Below, one piece after another: positions 29,691 to 40,550 of a stretch of DNA of 64,000 nt. The notes beneath the pieces were generated by a model. That model was not told the DNA's origin. It did no database searches and saw only the letters and a program-made list of their open reading frames with translations. Source of the DNA: a virus (taxonomy: Duplodnaviria > Caudoviricetes); IMG/VR virus record IMGVR_UViG_3300033069_001588, positions 37,450 through 101,449 of that record, one strand, 5' to 3'. Numbering within the stretch: position 1 is the first letter of the stretch; every line of letters begins with the position of its first letter. A program made the translations under genes and the position numbers.

Positions 29691-31852
29691 TAGGAGCCAC
29701 CCATATCGCCCAAGTCCACCGCATCTCTTCTTGATTGGGTACCATCTGATTCATCACCGATTGGGGTAGAGATAACAGCAGGTGTAAATACAAATTGATA
29801 ATCTACAACTTGCAGTGTGTGTGTCAAAGCAGTTGTGTCATTTGTACAAAACGTGTTATTATCAAAAGAGATCATTAATTGTCCCGCCCCAGCATCTTTA
29901 CTAGTTAAATTAGCCGTAAAAGATTGATATCCATCGTACGTGAAGTTTGAGATATCACCAAAAGTAATATGCCCTTTAATTCTATCTGCTAAGTTAGCGG
30001 CAATATCGGCTGGAATTCCATTAGTTAATGAAATACCATTATTTTCATTGATATCAACTTTAACTACAATAGGCTTACTAGTAAATTGAGTTTGAGGAAC
30101 TGCTTTAAATGAAGATTTACAAGGATCATTTCCTATACCAATAATAGAAGAAAGAGCGCCAGTCGTATCATCTCTTAGTTTTTGCAAACATAATAAAGCT
30201 GTAGTTTGAAATTCTGCCACGCCTTGTGGTGTTAAGTTAGCTCTCAAAGCTGATAAAGCAGTTGATAAACATTGTTGAGTAGCATCAGGGTTTGGAAAAT
30301 TTGGCTCATTGAAAACATCTTTTAATAGTTGTGTTTTCAAAGCCACATCACCTGCTAAAGCATTATTAATAAAACCTTTAGCTAAAGAAAGATCGGGCAT
30401 ACAACCAGCAGTTACCAATTCTTTTGATAATAAGGTAGCCATTCCAGGTTTAAATGTATACTCAATGTTACTGAATAAATGCGCGTCACTTGGAGAATAA
30501 CTTGGACTAGCAGAAATATTATCTTCTTTATGGAAAAAGTTATTAAGAGTAGCTTGCTTTTTAATTGGAGTGATACTATCTGTATCAAATCCTTTTAACT
30601 TAGTTTTACCATCGTCTTCATAACCTTTACCACCTGCTAAGTTTAATACGCCATTTGATGAAATTTCAATAAGATTATTGTATGTATTAACGATTTGAGT
30701 TGGAATTGTTAATACAATACAATCTTTAAATCTAACATATCTAGCTACTCCAATACGTCCCCAATCTGCTGGATTATAGAATAATCTTAAATCTACTGTA
30801 TAAGCAGCTTGTTTAGCAGGAGTTTTTTCAGAGAAAAAAGAATCTGTTGGGAAAAAAATTGTTTTAAAGAATGGATCTGGACCATCATCTGTAGGTAATA
30901 CATCAAATGCATTAACAATATTCATAAATTGTTGAATTATTGTTTGCTGAGGATCGTATAATTGCCACACTTCATTTCTTAGTTGATAACTAAAAAAGAT
31001 TGGATCTGCTGGAGGTGGTAATGGAATTTCCACATTTGTTTTAACCCCAACTCCTCTTAAATATTGTAACTGACCTGTAAAATTAGTATATGGAGCATTT
31101 TTAATGAAAGCCGGACATACATCAGATGTGCAACAATCACTATCATCACATGGCGGAATAGCAAAAGCCATCCCTAAAATATCTTTGATAACTTGAATAA
31201 TAATATTGAAAATAGCTAATAATACAAATAAATTCTGGAATACACATAACATGGCTCCCAATTTCTTTGCAATTGCTAAAACAGAATTGATATTAGCTTC
31301 TTGAAACGCACTTATCAACATGAAAATATTTCTCAAAATAGCAGAAATAAACTTTAGAATTTGGGCAATAATATATTCAATCAATGCTATCAAAAGTAAT
31401 AACAAAGATATGATCATAATTATGATTGCAAAAATTGGAAATAATAACAAAAAAGCTGGAATGCAATCTGTAAATAGTTTAATAATTGCGGGTATTAATT
31501 TGAATGGATTAGCAATGGCACAAATAACCTCAATAATACAAACAATAATTTTCAAAATTGGTAAAAAGAATTTATATAGCATCAAAAATGGCATGAATTG
31601 ATCAAGCAATTTCATAATAGCATCAAAAATATCTTTACCGAAATTCAAACTTAATGTTGGTAGTAGCGCGCCGGGCGGAATTAATAATTGCAATGCGTTA
31701 AGAATACCTAATAAATCTTCTGGAAATCCCGCTGGAAATGGATTAATATTTGGCAAATCCAAAGCAAAAGGAACACCAAATCCAGGAATGGAAGGACCAG
31801 ACGGACCATCAGGAGGAGAAATACTAACATCGCTAGGACTACAGGGGCTCAT
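29690..31852 (-). CDS. Virion protein with long hydrophobic helical region and Cys clusters
   Basis: Pro-rich N-terminus; hydrophobic residues ~85-230; PPCDDSDCCTSDVCP; located between spike and gp25. Confidence 0.55.
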   Translation of the reverse strand: MSPCSPSDVSISPPDGPSGPSIPGFGVPFALDLPNINPFPAGFPEDLLGILNALQLLIPPGALLPTLSLNFGKDIFDAIMKLLDQFMPFLMLYKFFLPILKIIVCIIEVICAIANPFKLIPAIIKLFTDCIPAFLLLFPIFAIIIMIISLLLLLIALIEYIIAQILKFISAILRNIFMLISAFQEANINSVLAIAKKLGAMLCVFQNLFVLLAIFNIIIQVIKDILGMAFAIPPCDDSDCCTSDVCPAFIKNAPYTNFTGQLQYLRGVGVKTNVEIPLPPPADPIFFSYQLRNEVWQLYDPQQTIIQQFMNIVNAFDVLPTDDGPDPFFKTIFFPTDSFFSEKTPAKQAAYTVDLRLFYNPADWGRIGVARYVRFKDCIVLTIPTQIVNTYNNLIEISSNGVLNLAGGKGYEDDGKTKLKGFDTDSITPIKKQATLNNFFHKEDNISASPSYSPSDAHLFSNIEYTFKPGMATLLSKELVTAGCMPDLSLAKGFINNALAGDVALKTQLLKDVFNEPNFPNPDATQQCLSTALSALRANLTPQGVAEFQTTALLCLQKLRDDTTGALSSIIGIGNDPCKSSFKAVPQTQFTSKPIVVKVDINENNGISLTNGIPADIAANLADRIKGHITFGDISNFTYDGYQSFTANLTSKDAGAGQLMISFDNNTFCTNDTTALTHTLQVVDYQFVFTPAVISTPIGDESDGTQSRRDAVDLGDMGGS

Positions 31853-32388
31853 CTATTACCTTTAATAAAGTTTTCTTTAGCTGATAAAGGTCTTAAATTT
31901 TCAAGTGACCAACACTTCTTAAAATTTTCATCTTCCATATTAGTATATAACAATTTAGATTGTGGAATTATATGATCGATTTGCCATGTCCATGTTGATG
32001 AGTCATTATCATCCCAATTATTGATTCTATAGTGTCCATAATTATCCCAAGACATCCATGATTCAAATTGACGCCCTATATGTTCTTTCAAATCACATAT
32101 AGAATATCCCAAATATTCTAAAATGCTTTGTCCACTTTTTGAAGAATTAGATACTTTTAGTATATATCTAATTCTTCTGGATATATTACTTTTTAATTTA
32201 AAAATAGGATCGACGAGTCGTTTTTCTTTGGCTCTTACTTTTCTCTTTTCTTTTATGACGTTTTTATTATCATGATGATATTTGTTTGCTCGTTTCTTTT
32301 CATTTTCTATATTTTTATGATATCTTTCTCTGCTTTCTTTAAGTAATCTTTCTCTGTTCTTTTGATAATATCTTTGTTGAGGTGTCAT
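31849..32388 (-). CDS. Free-standing HNH homing endonuclease
   Basis: WQIDHIIP...WSLENLRPLSAKENFIKGN; paralog of 1673-2350. Confidence 0.8.
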   Translation of the reverse strand: MTPQQRYYQKNRERLLKESRERYHKNIENEKKRANKYHHDNKNVIKEKRKVRAKEKRLVDPIFKLKSNISRRIRYILKVSNSSKSGQSILEYLGYSICDLKEHIGRQFESWMSWDNYGHYRINNWDDNDSSTWTWQIDHIIPQSKLLYTNMEDENFKKCWSLENLRPLSAKENFIKGNR

Positions 32389-32407
32389 AATAAATAATTA
32401 TATATCA

Positions 32408-32767
32408 TCATTTAAAACCTTTTTCACCAGGTAATTTAGGCTCTAATGGACCTTTTACCAAATTGGATACTTGCAATGTTTTTTCCAAATCACTAATAAT
32501 CTTTTCCGCCCATACAGATAAAGATTGATCTATTTGTTCAATATTAGCACTATCCAAATCATGAAACGCCAATACTTTAGTGGCAATCCTCCATAAATCT
32601 TTATGAACCTCCTTATCTAAATTCAATGATGAATATTCTTTAGTTTCAAATTGTGGAGAATTACCAATAGCAGTATCTACTGCCTCAGCTAATTTTTCCA
32701 TTCCCTGTTCTCTAGCCTCATATGCTTGTAACTTTAGCTTATTATAAGTTCCTACTTTTAATCTCAT
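32408..32767 (-). CDS. Hypothetical helical protein
   Basis: 119 aa, ATGA-coupled to the spike gene. Confidence 0.6.
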   Translation of the reverse strand: MRLKVGTYNKLKLQAYEAREQGMEKLAEAVDTAIGNSPQFETKEYSSLNLDKEVHKDLWRIATKVLAFHDLDSANIEQIDQSLSVWAEKIISDLEKTLQVSNLVKGPLEPKLPGEKGFK

Positions 32768-34776
32768 AAAGATCCTCCAAATTCTTTTTTAACCATTCTT
32801 CCCTGTACAGTTAAAGTTTCACATTCAATAACAATATCTGCATCAGCAGTAATACGCATATTTTGCCCTGAATGAATGGCTAAATTGCTTGGAGTTAAAA
32901 TCTTCACTCCTTCATCATCTATTCTAATCATTGTCACTCTCAATCCAGAATTAAATACTCTAATATCTAATGCAGCACCGATATGTCCATTATTCTGCTT
33001 AACAAACCTACTATCTGTTGATACGCCCATACCGCCTATTTGAACAAATACGTCGCCATTCATAGATAAAGCGCCACTCATATTGTTGATATCTCTGCCA
33101 ACGTTAAGTACCATTCCTCCGGCTAAATCAGCCCATAAAGATTGCCTATCAGAAGTGTTAGCGCCAATGTTTAAATCCAAAGATCCGTCTAGGCTAATAG
33201 ATCCGCTGCGCCCACCAGCATTAGCTTTATCTCCGCTCATCGTAATAGTATCATTAGCTATTTTGGTTATTAATGGAATTTTAGTTACCGCACTTTTACT
33301 AAATATTGGATTTTGATCATCGGTTACATATTGCAAAAAATCAGGTTTTTGATGCGTGTAACATGTCGCCAAAATGTCATGGTAAGCTGTTCCATGTTTG
33401 ATATGAGATTCTGTAATCCTATCCAATGGGGCGCCATCGGAACCATCATCATCTAATTTAATAGAACCCCTGTCTTCAGCAAATGTGCCATCATTGATAT
33501 TAAAAGTAGAAGCTGCGAAACCATCTTGAAAAATATCTAAATTATCCTCTCTAAAGATTAATTTATTGGGATTATTATTATCTTCAGAGCCGAATGAAGA
33601 ATAATTTTCATATCTTGTCAGTAATGGAATATTTCCTGTTTCACTAGATGCCGGAACGTTCCATTTGAATACTCCTTCTTTATCAATATCAAAAAAGAAA
33701 CGACTTCTATTTCTAGCATAATCATCATTAGAAGTAATATCTGGTAATTTCAACTGTCCATTTTGACCTGCTAAATCTTTTCTAGCATTAAGCTCAAAAT
33801 GATAAGCAAGACTTTTTCTTTCTAAAGCTTTGATTAATTGAAATGATTTAACTTTATCTGTACTAGTTGATGCGCGAAGTGTATTTTGATCTTTTCCAAT
33901 AGGTAATGGAACTCTATTCAAATCTAAAATATTTCCAAAAATATCAACAACAGTTCCTTTAATAGTCTCCATTAAATAATTAGGAGCCGCCAAAGTTAAA
34001 CTTAAAGTATCTGATCTGCTTTTTCTACGATTTGGAAAAGTAAAAACAGTAGCAGGTGGTTTTGTGTTACCATACAAAGTGGATTCAAATAATTCATCAT
34101 TTATTTCTGATGAATATTGAAATTCATATACCATTTCCCTTTTCTCCACAAAAGGGGGATTTTTACCTGAGCCCGTAATAATAGGATTTGGACTGACCGT
34201 GGGATCTAGACCAATTATATAGAACTTGGAATCATAATTGTCATTTTCTAGCTTTGAATTCTGATCAAAATTAGTATTTGGCTTCAAGTCTCTTTTAACT
34301 AAACCATCAACTCTTCTTGATGCTTGAGTAAAATGGTTTTCATTGTAGAAATTGGTAGTTATTAAATTAGATTTTGAATTGATATGTATTTTATTATTAG
34401 CGCCACCAATATTGATATCATTATTTGTATTTAATGAGATTTTCGATTCATCAGTTGCTCTAACTAACAATTCTCCATCTGTTAAAGTAGGAACAGCTGA
34501 TAAATTTTCTGCTAGATATGAAACGAAATAGTATTGTCCACCACTACCTTGTCCTACTACGACTGGCGTACCAGGTATAGGTTTAGTTCCGATAAATAAT
34601 CCATTATTGTAAAACAAAGCATGTGGCGCAGGTACATCAATAGGTTGCGCTTGCCCTCTAATGGATGAAACAGTATTGAGCCTTATTTTAAGCAAACCTT
34701 TACTGGCATCATATCCAATAATGGCGCCAGTTCTTAAAAGACCAACCTGTTCATCGAAAACATGATTATTTACCAT
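32764..34776 (-). CDS. Baseplate central spike (gp5/gpV-like)
   Basis: N-terminal OB-fold-like region (GAIIGYD...PIPGTPVVVGQ); C-terminal beta-strand repeats (SISLDGSLDLNIG, AIHSGQNMRITADADIVIE); follows hub; ATG 34776. Confidence 0.7.
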   Translation of the reverse strand: MVNNHVFDEQVGLLRTGAIIGYDASKGLLKIRLNTVSSIRGQAQPIDVPAPHALFYNNGLFIGTKPIPGTPVVVGQGSGGQYYFVSYLAENLSAVPTLTDGELLVRATDESKISLNTNNDINIGGANNKIHINSKSNLITTNFYNENHFTQASRRVDGLVKRDLKPNTNFDQNSKLENDNYDSKFYIIGLDPTVSPNPIITGSGKNPPFVEKREMVYEFQYSSEINDELFESTLYGNTKPPATVFTFPNRRKSRSDTLSLTLAAPNYLMETIKGTVVDIFGNILDLNRVPLPIGKDQNTLRASTSTDKVKSFQLIKALERKSLAYHFELNARKDLAGQNGQLKLPDITSNDDYARNRSRFFFDIDKEGVFKWNVPASSETGNIPLLTRYENYSSFGSEDNNNPNKLIFREDNLDIFQDGFAASTFNINDGTFAEDRGSIKLDDDGSDGAPLDRITESHIKHGTAYHDILATCYTHQKPDFLQYVTDDQNPIFSKSAVTKIPLITKIANDTITMSGDKANAGGRSGSISLDGSLDLNIGANTSDRQSLWADLAGGMVLNVGRDINNMSGALSMNGDVFVQIGGMGVSTDSRFVKQNNGHIGAALDIRVFNSGLRVTMIRIDDEGVKILTPSNLAIHSGQNMRITADADIVIECETLTVQGRMVKKEFGGSL

Positions 34777-34780
34777 AGTG

Positions 34781-37700
34781 TTAGGATCCGCTATTCTGTG
34801 TAAACACAAGCCAACAGTCTACTATATAACTAAATAAGGCTTTTCTTATTTTATCAATATGTGCCGGAGGAGTAGCATCTGTAGAGACTGGTGTAATAGT
34901 ACTTATTGATACTTGATTGCGAGCAGCATCAATAGCTTTTTGACTTGGAGATCTTCTATCATTAACATCTTCTAGATTAACAGCTGTAATACTAACGTTA
35001 TTTGGAGAGAATGATTGATTTTTAATAGGACTATTAGGATCGCCAGATTTTCCAGTCAAAATGTCTTTTATATTGTTTGCAAAAGAATTCAAACCACTAT
35101 CTACTCCACCACCATCATGATAAATTCTTAATTCTACATTAGCTGTAACGTTATTTCCTTTGGTATTGTTTGCGTTAACAGTATAGGCAGCCGTAAACAT
35201 AATATTATTCAATGTTTGACTATTAAATGCGCTGAAAGAATTAGGCGGTGTACTTTGTGTAGATAAAGAAGCTGCGCCACCCACACTGGAAGGATCTTTA
35301 ATTACTACTCCCAAATTGTTTTCATTTCCAGAATTAGTTTGTCTTTGGATTGTATATTCGGCAATATCCCTATTATTGTAAATCATTTTACCAATAACAT
35401 CAAGTGTTGTTGGAATGTATTCTCCTGGAGAATGTCCATAAGACAAATCTAAAGTAGTAGTAAATGTGTTACCAAATCCAAAATTATGTCTGACTGCGGT
35501 AACATAGAACAGCATTTGTCTGTCTTGCAAAAAAACAACCTCTCCTGGCTGCATATATTCATTACCTGAAATAGTAACGTTTCCTCTAAGAATATTTTTT
35601 CTGTTACGACTTAAAATCATACTGGCATATGGCGCACATTGTGAATTAGGATCGCTCAAAAATGGAACTCTAATGGTAGCTGCATTTTTGAATCCATAAT
35701 TTCTCCATGAATCATAATCTACTGCTACAGCTGTTACCAAACCATTTCCATTATTTGGGAATGAATTTAATCCTTCTGGTAAGGCATTAGGAGCAAATGT
35801 ATTTAATACTCCTTGTACCTCAACCATAGTAAAATCGGGCGGATTAACTGAAATTTGAATACTTTTTATTTGTGCTCTTTTGATAACATATCTAGATCCT
35901 GAACCTGGACCATAATCATCATAAGTTTCATCTTCAATCATGTGTTCATATACTTCTGGAACATTGGAATTTCCAAAAATTCCAGGAGCTAATAATTGAC
36001 TGCCAGTTTGTAGACTTTGATCATCTAGTGATTTGAATTCTGTAGAACTCTTAATAGCAGAATAAAATAGTTTGATAGCTTTTTGTCTATCATGTATTTT
36101 TTCTTGTAATTCTTTAGTAACCTTGAACACATCAATAGTTTGACCAAGAGGAACTACAACATCTTTTTGACCATCAGAATTATTAGTGATATAATCTTTC
36201 TTATCTATTCTTTGACCCGATTTAGTTTGTATTCTATTTATTAAAATTTGAATGTAATTATTGTTTGAAGAAAATATATTTTGAACAGAATATCCTTGTA
36301 ATTTTAATCCTTGCGCCATCAACTGAGCAACTATAGATGAATATCTTTGTGAATTAGAAAAAACAATTTTGGTTGATTTAGCCTGCTTCAATAATAAAGA
36401 AGATAAATCTTGTACTGAAGTATTTAGTGGATCTGTACTAGAAGCTTTGATTAATTGATTAACATCAGTAATTGCGCCAGTATTGTCTGAAATAAAACTA
36501 AAGGAGTCTCCTGTGCCACTAGCTGCTCCGCTAGAGGCGATGAATTGCGTGGCAGAATTATCATTTCCATAATTTAAAATAGCACAATCTAACCTGATCA
36601 TATCTTCTATAATCTCAATTCTTTTTCTCAAAGTATCTATTTGATTTCCAAAAATATCTGATAAAAATTGTGGAAAGATTTGAATACCATAAGCTTGTTT
36701 CAAATACATCATTCTATAGAAAATTGAACTTGGCATTCTATTATACTGTGGCGGACGAACTCTAATGTGACCTTGAGTGTCTGCAAATACTTCTAGATTT
36801 AATAAGTCAGATGCTAAAATAATTTTATCTCTAACAGAATTAAAATCATTGTTATACAGTTTAATGCCATCTGTTAAAGATTGTTCATAAGCCAAAATAT
36901 CAAAATCTTTATCATAAAAATCATCTACAATAAATAGATTTTTATCTTCATTAGCTCTAACATTATAAGACATGCGACGAGTCAGATAATTCAATTGCCT
37001 TCTTAATTCTCTTCTAGTATTTGGATTAGAAGGATTTGAAGGTCCGCTAGCACTAAGGTTTGAATCTCCACCACTATCAAAAGTGGCATCTGGACCAGAA
37101 GCTGCTGCCAATTGATTGTAGTCGCTATCTGCTTGCTGAATGTTGTCAATATCGTTCTGAATAGATTCTTGTAAATTAGTTAATTGAGCTTTAACTTCCA
37201 AAAACTGCGGATTAAAACTATTATCAACGTCTGAAAATGCAGAAGCCGCACCAAATAATGAAGCATCTCTATTTAAATCAGCTAGTTTTTGCAACTTAGC
37301 ATCTAAATCTTTATTTTTTTGTACAATCCTAAATTGTGATTGCATAGCTAAAGCAAAGCTTTGCTCATCCATAGTCAAGTTTTTAAATGGAATAAAATTG
37401 CCCCATAAAGTATTATTCTTGACTAACTCATTTTTTAATGATGAAATATATGAATGTGCGGCATCCTGCTGACTTTGAGGATCTCTTCCAAATCCATCTA
37501 TATTAGCAGTAGCTTTCCAATAGTTAGCATAACTATATGGTTTACCAGTAATCAATAATGAAATAACATTCATTACATCTTGTCCAGCAAATGGTTCTTT
37601 AGCAATATTAGGATTACCTACTTTATTTGGATCATTCAAATCTAATGAATTACCAAATTGAACGAATACTCCAATACCTTCTTTCCATCTATAGACTAAT

Positions 37701-39694
37701 CCATCAGGAGCAAAAACTTCTTTACTTACATTTCCAGTATTAGGATCTACCAAAATACCTTGAAAGAAAGTGTCGCTTGTTATTTTTTGTCCTGCGGTTG
37801 GTCCAGCCTTAGCTTTTAACAGTCCTTTTTTATCTTGAGAAGTTCCAAGAATAACAATATTTTCATCCAACAATTCTGGCGTATCATTCTTAGCATTGCT
37901 AGTGATAGTATCGAAATTAGATTTGAATGGAGTTAATGTGTCATAAATAGCGCCGTTAAAAGAATCTACTCCAGGTTTGAAGTTTACCTTACCCTGATCA
38001 AAATAAGCGGTATTATCTCTACCATTAACATTGACAATAAACTTACCATCTGACCATGAATCAGTTGCATCACTTACTACTCCGGCAAAAACATGAGTAC
38101 CTTCCTTTTCATTAACAAACTGACCTCTCAAGGCAGTCCATAAATAATTAGGAAAATCAGCCCCAACATAAGCGGCTTTTTCGGCTTGTAAACTAATATT
38201 TCCGGAAGGATTAAATAATGCAGTAACAGAATTAGTTAAATTAGTAACTGTTTTATCCAGATTTTGAAGAACACCCAAACCAGTAAACATATTTTGTAGA
38301 CCTGATAACAGTTTATTATCATATCTACTTTTACTACTCATGTAAATATGTACCACATCCATAGGTTGAATAATCAATTGTCCGGAGAAATTAAATCTTA
38401 ATTTTTTACGAGCGTAATTGGTAGCTTTATTTGTTAATTGAAAAGCATTTTTGCTATTACCCAATAATTGCATTTTATTGAAAACAGAACTTATTAGATT
38501 AGAGAAAACCTTTAATTCTGTATCTGGAATTGCTTGTCTAATACCTCCATTATTGCCAATTCCTACACCTGGTTGAGTGTTTAATCCATCAAATCCTGCA
38601 ACAGCTCCGCCTTGTAAATATTCCGGAGAAACATCTACACCAGCCTCAATACCACCAAATCCACCATTATAAGTAAATACCAATTCTATTCCGATTCTAT
38701 CTAAAACAGCAGTAACTCTTTTTCCAAGCAAAGTATCCGGATCTATTTTTAATGAAATAGGGCTGGCATCACGTGCCGCTCTTAATTGATTCAATCTATT
38801 TTGAGCATCATTAATAGTTTGATCCGCTGATTGAGTTGCAAATTGAAAAATACCGTGATTGCTAAACATATTGGTAGCATCACTGATAGCTTTTTCAATA
38901 TCCCAATCTGTAATCAACATAGATTCATAGGGGTCGGTAATTGTCAAATTGAATGAGCCAGGATTTTTAATACCATCTACTGAAACATTAGTACTTAAGC
39001 TGGTAAAATTAGTGATTTCAATAACACCAGTTCCTTGACCAAATTGTGATTGAAATAAATTGGTAGCATCTGTTATCCAGGTAGTAGATTTATTGGTGGT
39101 ATTAAATCCATAAATTCTTCTCACCTTATCCATAGTCTGTGATAAGGCGGTGGCATCAGTAATTCCACCAGATCCCCCACCACTAATAGAATTAAATAAA
39201 CTACCACCAGAATTGCTATTGATGATATCTGAAAAAGTAGCAATGATAGGAAATAGTTGATCGCTGATGTTACCTGTGGCAGAGGTAACTTGTTGAATTT
39301 TAGACAATCTTTCCAATGCGGCAATAGCATTACATTTATTTTGGAACAAAAACTTCATGGCGCGATAATACAGTTTTTCATCTTGATCCATGAAATCAGG
39401 TCTGAAGTTTTCAGCAATGGAAGAAAACATTCTTTTCTTCACAAACACGGTAGCATTAGGTTCTTGAAATAGAACTTCTAATTGTTTAGGATCCGCATTA
39501 TATGGGTCAGTTCTTAAATAACCCTCTTCAATGTATCTACGCTGTGCTGATTGATCAAACTTGGATGCAAAATCGCCCAAAGTGCCGTATTTCATGTTTT
39601 GTCCAAGAACTACGGCATCCAAAGTATGATTATTATTTTCGCCTGCAAAAAATTGGCTATTAATTGCTCCAGCTAAATCGCCTAAAAAACCCAT
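34781..39694 (-). CDS. Baseplate hub protein (gp27/late control D-like), enlarged
   Basis: GSFNLTITDPY, HVFAGVV, LEVFADTQGHIRVRPPQYN, GNVTISGNEYMQPGEVVFL...FYVTAVRHNF...TTTLDLSYG. Confidence 0.75.
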   Translation of the reverse strand: MGFLGDLAGAINSQFFAGENNNHTLDAVVLGQNMKYGTLGDFASKFDQSAQRRYIEEGYLRTDPYNADPKQLEVLFQEPNATVFVKKRMFSSIAENFRPDFMDQDEKLYYRAMKFLFQNKCNAIAALERLSKIQQVTSATGNISDQLFPIIATFSDIINSNSGGSLFNSISGGGSGGITDATALSQTMDKVRRIYGFNTTNKSTTWITDATNLFQSQFGQGTGVIEITNFTSLSTNVSVDGIKNPGSFNLTITDPYESMLITDWDIEKAISDATNMFSNHGIFQFATQSADQTINDAQNRLNQLRAARDASPISLKIDPDTLLGKRVTAVLDRIGIELVFTYNGGFGGIEAGVDVSPEYLQGGAVAGFDGLNTQPGVGIGNNGGIRQAIPDTELKVFSNLISSVFNKMQLLGNSKNAFQLTNKATNYARKKLRFNFSGQLIIQPMDVVHIYMSSKSRYDNKLLSGLQNMFTGLGVLQNLDKTVTNLTNSVTALFNPSGNISLQAEKAAYVGADFPNYLWTALRGQFVNEKEGTHVFAGVVSDATDSWSDGKFIVNVNGRDNTAYFDQGKVNFKPGVDSFNGAIYDTLTPFKSNFDTITSNAKNDTPELLDENIVILGTSQDKKGLLKAKAGPTAGQKITSDTFFQGILVDPNTGNVSKEVFAPDGLVYRWKEGIGVFVQFGNSLDLNDPNKVGNPNIAKEPFAGQDVMNVISLLITGKPYSYANYWKATANIDGFGRDPQSQQDAAHSYISSLKNELVKNNTLWGNFIPFKNLTMDEQSFALAMQSQFRIVQKNKDLDAKLQKLADLNRDASLFGAASAFSDVDNSFNPQFLEVKAQLTNLQESIQNDIDNIQQADSDYNQLAAASGPDATFDSGGDSNLSASGPSNPSNPNTRRELRRQLNYLTRRMSYNVRANEDKNLFIVDDFYDKDFDILAYEQSLTDGIKLYNNDFNSVRDKIILASDLLNLEVFADTQGHIRVRPPQYNRMPSSIFYRMMYLKQAYGIQIFPQFLSDIFGNQIDTLRKRIEIIEDMIRLDCAILNYGNDNSATQFIASSGAASGTGDSFSFISDNTGAITDVNQLIKASSTDPLNTSVQDLSSLLLKQAKSTKIVFSNSQRYSSIVAQLMAQGLKLQGYSVQNIFSSNNNYIQILINRIQTKSGQRIDKKDYITNNSDGQKDVVVPLGQTIDVFKVTKELQEKIHDRQKAIKLFYSAIKSSTEFKSLDDQSLQTGSQLLAPGIFGNSNVPEVYEHMIEDETYDDYGPGSGSRYVIKRAQIKSIQISVNPPDFTMVEVQGVLNTFAPNALPEGLNSFPNNGNGLVTAVAVDYDSWRNYGFKNAATIRVPFLSDPNSQCAPYASMILSRNRKNILRGNVTISGNEYMQPGEVVFLQDRQMLFYVTAVRHNFGFGNTFTTTLDLSYGHSPGEYIPTTLDVIGKMIYNNRDIAEYTIQRQTNSGNENNLGVVIKDPSSVGGAASLSTQSTPPNSFSAFNSQTLNNIMFTAAYTVNANNTKGNNVTANVELRIYHDGGGVDSGLNSFANNIKDILTGKSGDPNSPIKNQSFSPNNVSITAVNLEDVNDRRSPSQKAIDAARNQVSISTITPVSTDATPPAHIDKIRKALFSYIVDCWLVFTQNSGS

Positions 39695-39696
39695 TG

Positions 39697-40548
39697 TTAA
39701 AACCCTGAATTAACACTTCCAGAAAATGATGGAGGTGTAGTGTATTGACTTGGACCATTGGTTGCGCTCTTTGCCCAAGGGAAGTAATTGACTCTATATC
39801 CTCTTCTTTGAGTTGCAACGAATGTCATTTGATATTCCATTAAGAAATTATCTGCCCTCTCATTAACAGTCATATTTTCAAAATAACCCCTGTATGCCCA
39901 ACCATTGTAGTACATTTCTACAGTAAATGCTTGTTGCGCCAAAGAGGGAATATTTTGAGCTGCCAGATTGCCATTAGGAGAACTTGTACCTAAAAGCCCA
40001 CCAACAGCGCCACCAATAGCTCCACCCACCGCACCACCAATAGCGCCTCCCACATTGGAAAAGACATTAGATAAGGCGGTTGCAGCATTGTTTGCAGCTA
40101 GGGTCAAACCAGTAGAATCAAAAGCATATTGTTCTGCTCTGTAAATTTCATATAGAACGTTAATACCTTCAATACCTGAACTGCCTGTAGTACCAGAAAT
40201 ATTGATTGTATCTAATTCTTCTCCCCAATATTGAAGCGTATATCCACCTTTAGTTCTATCCTTGTTAATTAGTTTTCTATGAGAATAACTGATAGAAGAT
40301 GGATTAACAAACATTCTTACTATTCCAAATTGTGGAACGAACCAAGTAATAGTGTTTCTTTTGAGTTGAGACTCTCTAAAAGTTGCAACCTTGCTAGAAG
40401 GCAAACCTGTGCCATCTGCTGAATAAGTAGCGGGCAAAAGAAAACCATCAGATTTGAACTGACTGGTTTGGTCGGCATTTAGAGGAGAAGCTCCATTCAA
40501 TGCATTTTGAACAGAATTGATACCATTGATTACATCACCTAATGACAT
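39697..40548 (-). CDS. Tail tube initiator / baseplate protein (gp48/gp54-like) with glycine-zipper insert
   Basis: MFVNPSSISY...RTKGGYTLQYWGEELDTINISGTTG; YRGYFENMTV; GGAIGGAVGGAIGGAVGGLLG; follows tape measure. Confidence 0.7.
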   Translation of the reverse strand: MSLGDVINGINSVQNALNGASPLNADQTSQFKSDGFLLPATYSADGTGLPSSKVATFRESQLKRNTITWFVPQFGIVRMFVNPSSISYSHRKLINKDRTKGGYTLQYWGEELDTINISGTTGSSGIEGINVLYEIYRAEQYAFDSTGLTLAANNAATALSNVFSNVGGAIGGAVGGAIGGAVGGLLGTSSPNGNLAAQNIPSLAQQAFTVEMYYNGWAYRGYFENMTVNERADNFLMEYQMTFVATQRRGYRVNYFPWAKSATNGPSQYTTPPSFSGSVNSGF

Positions 40549-40550
40549 GT

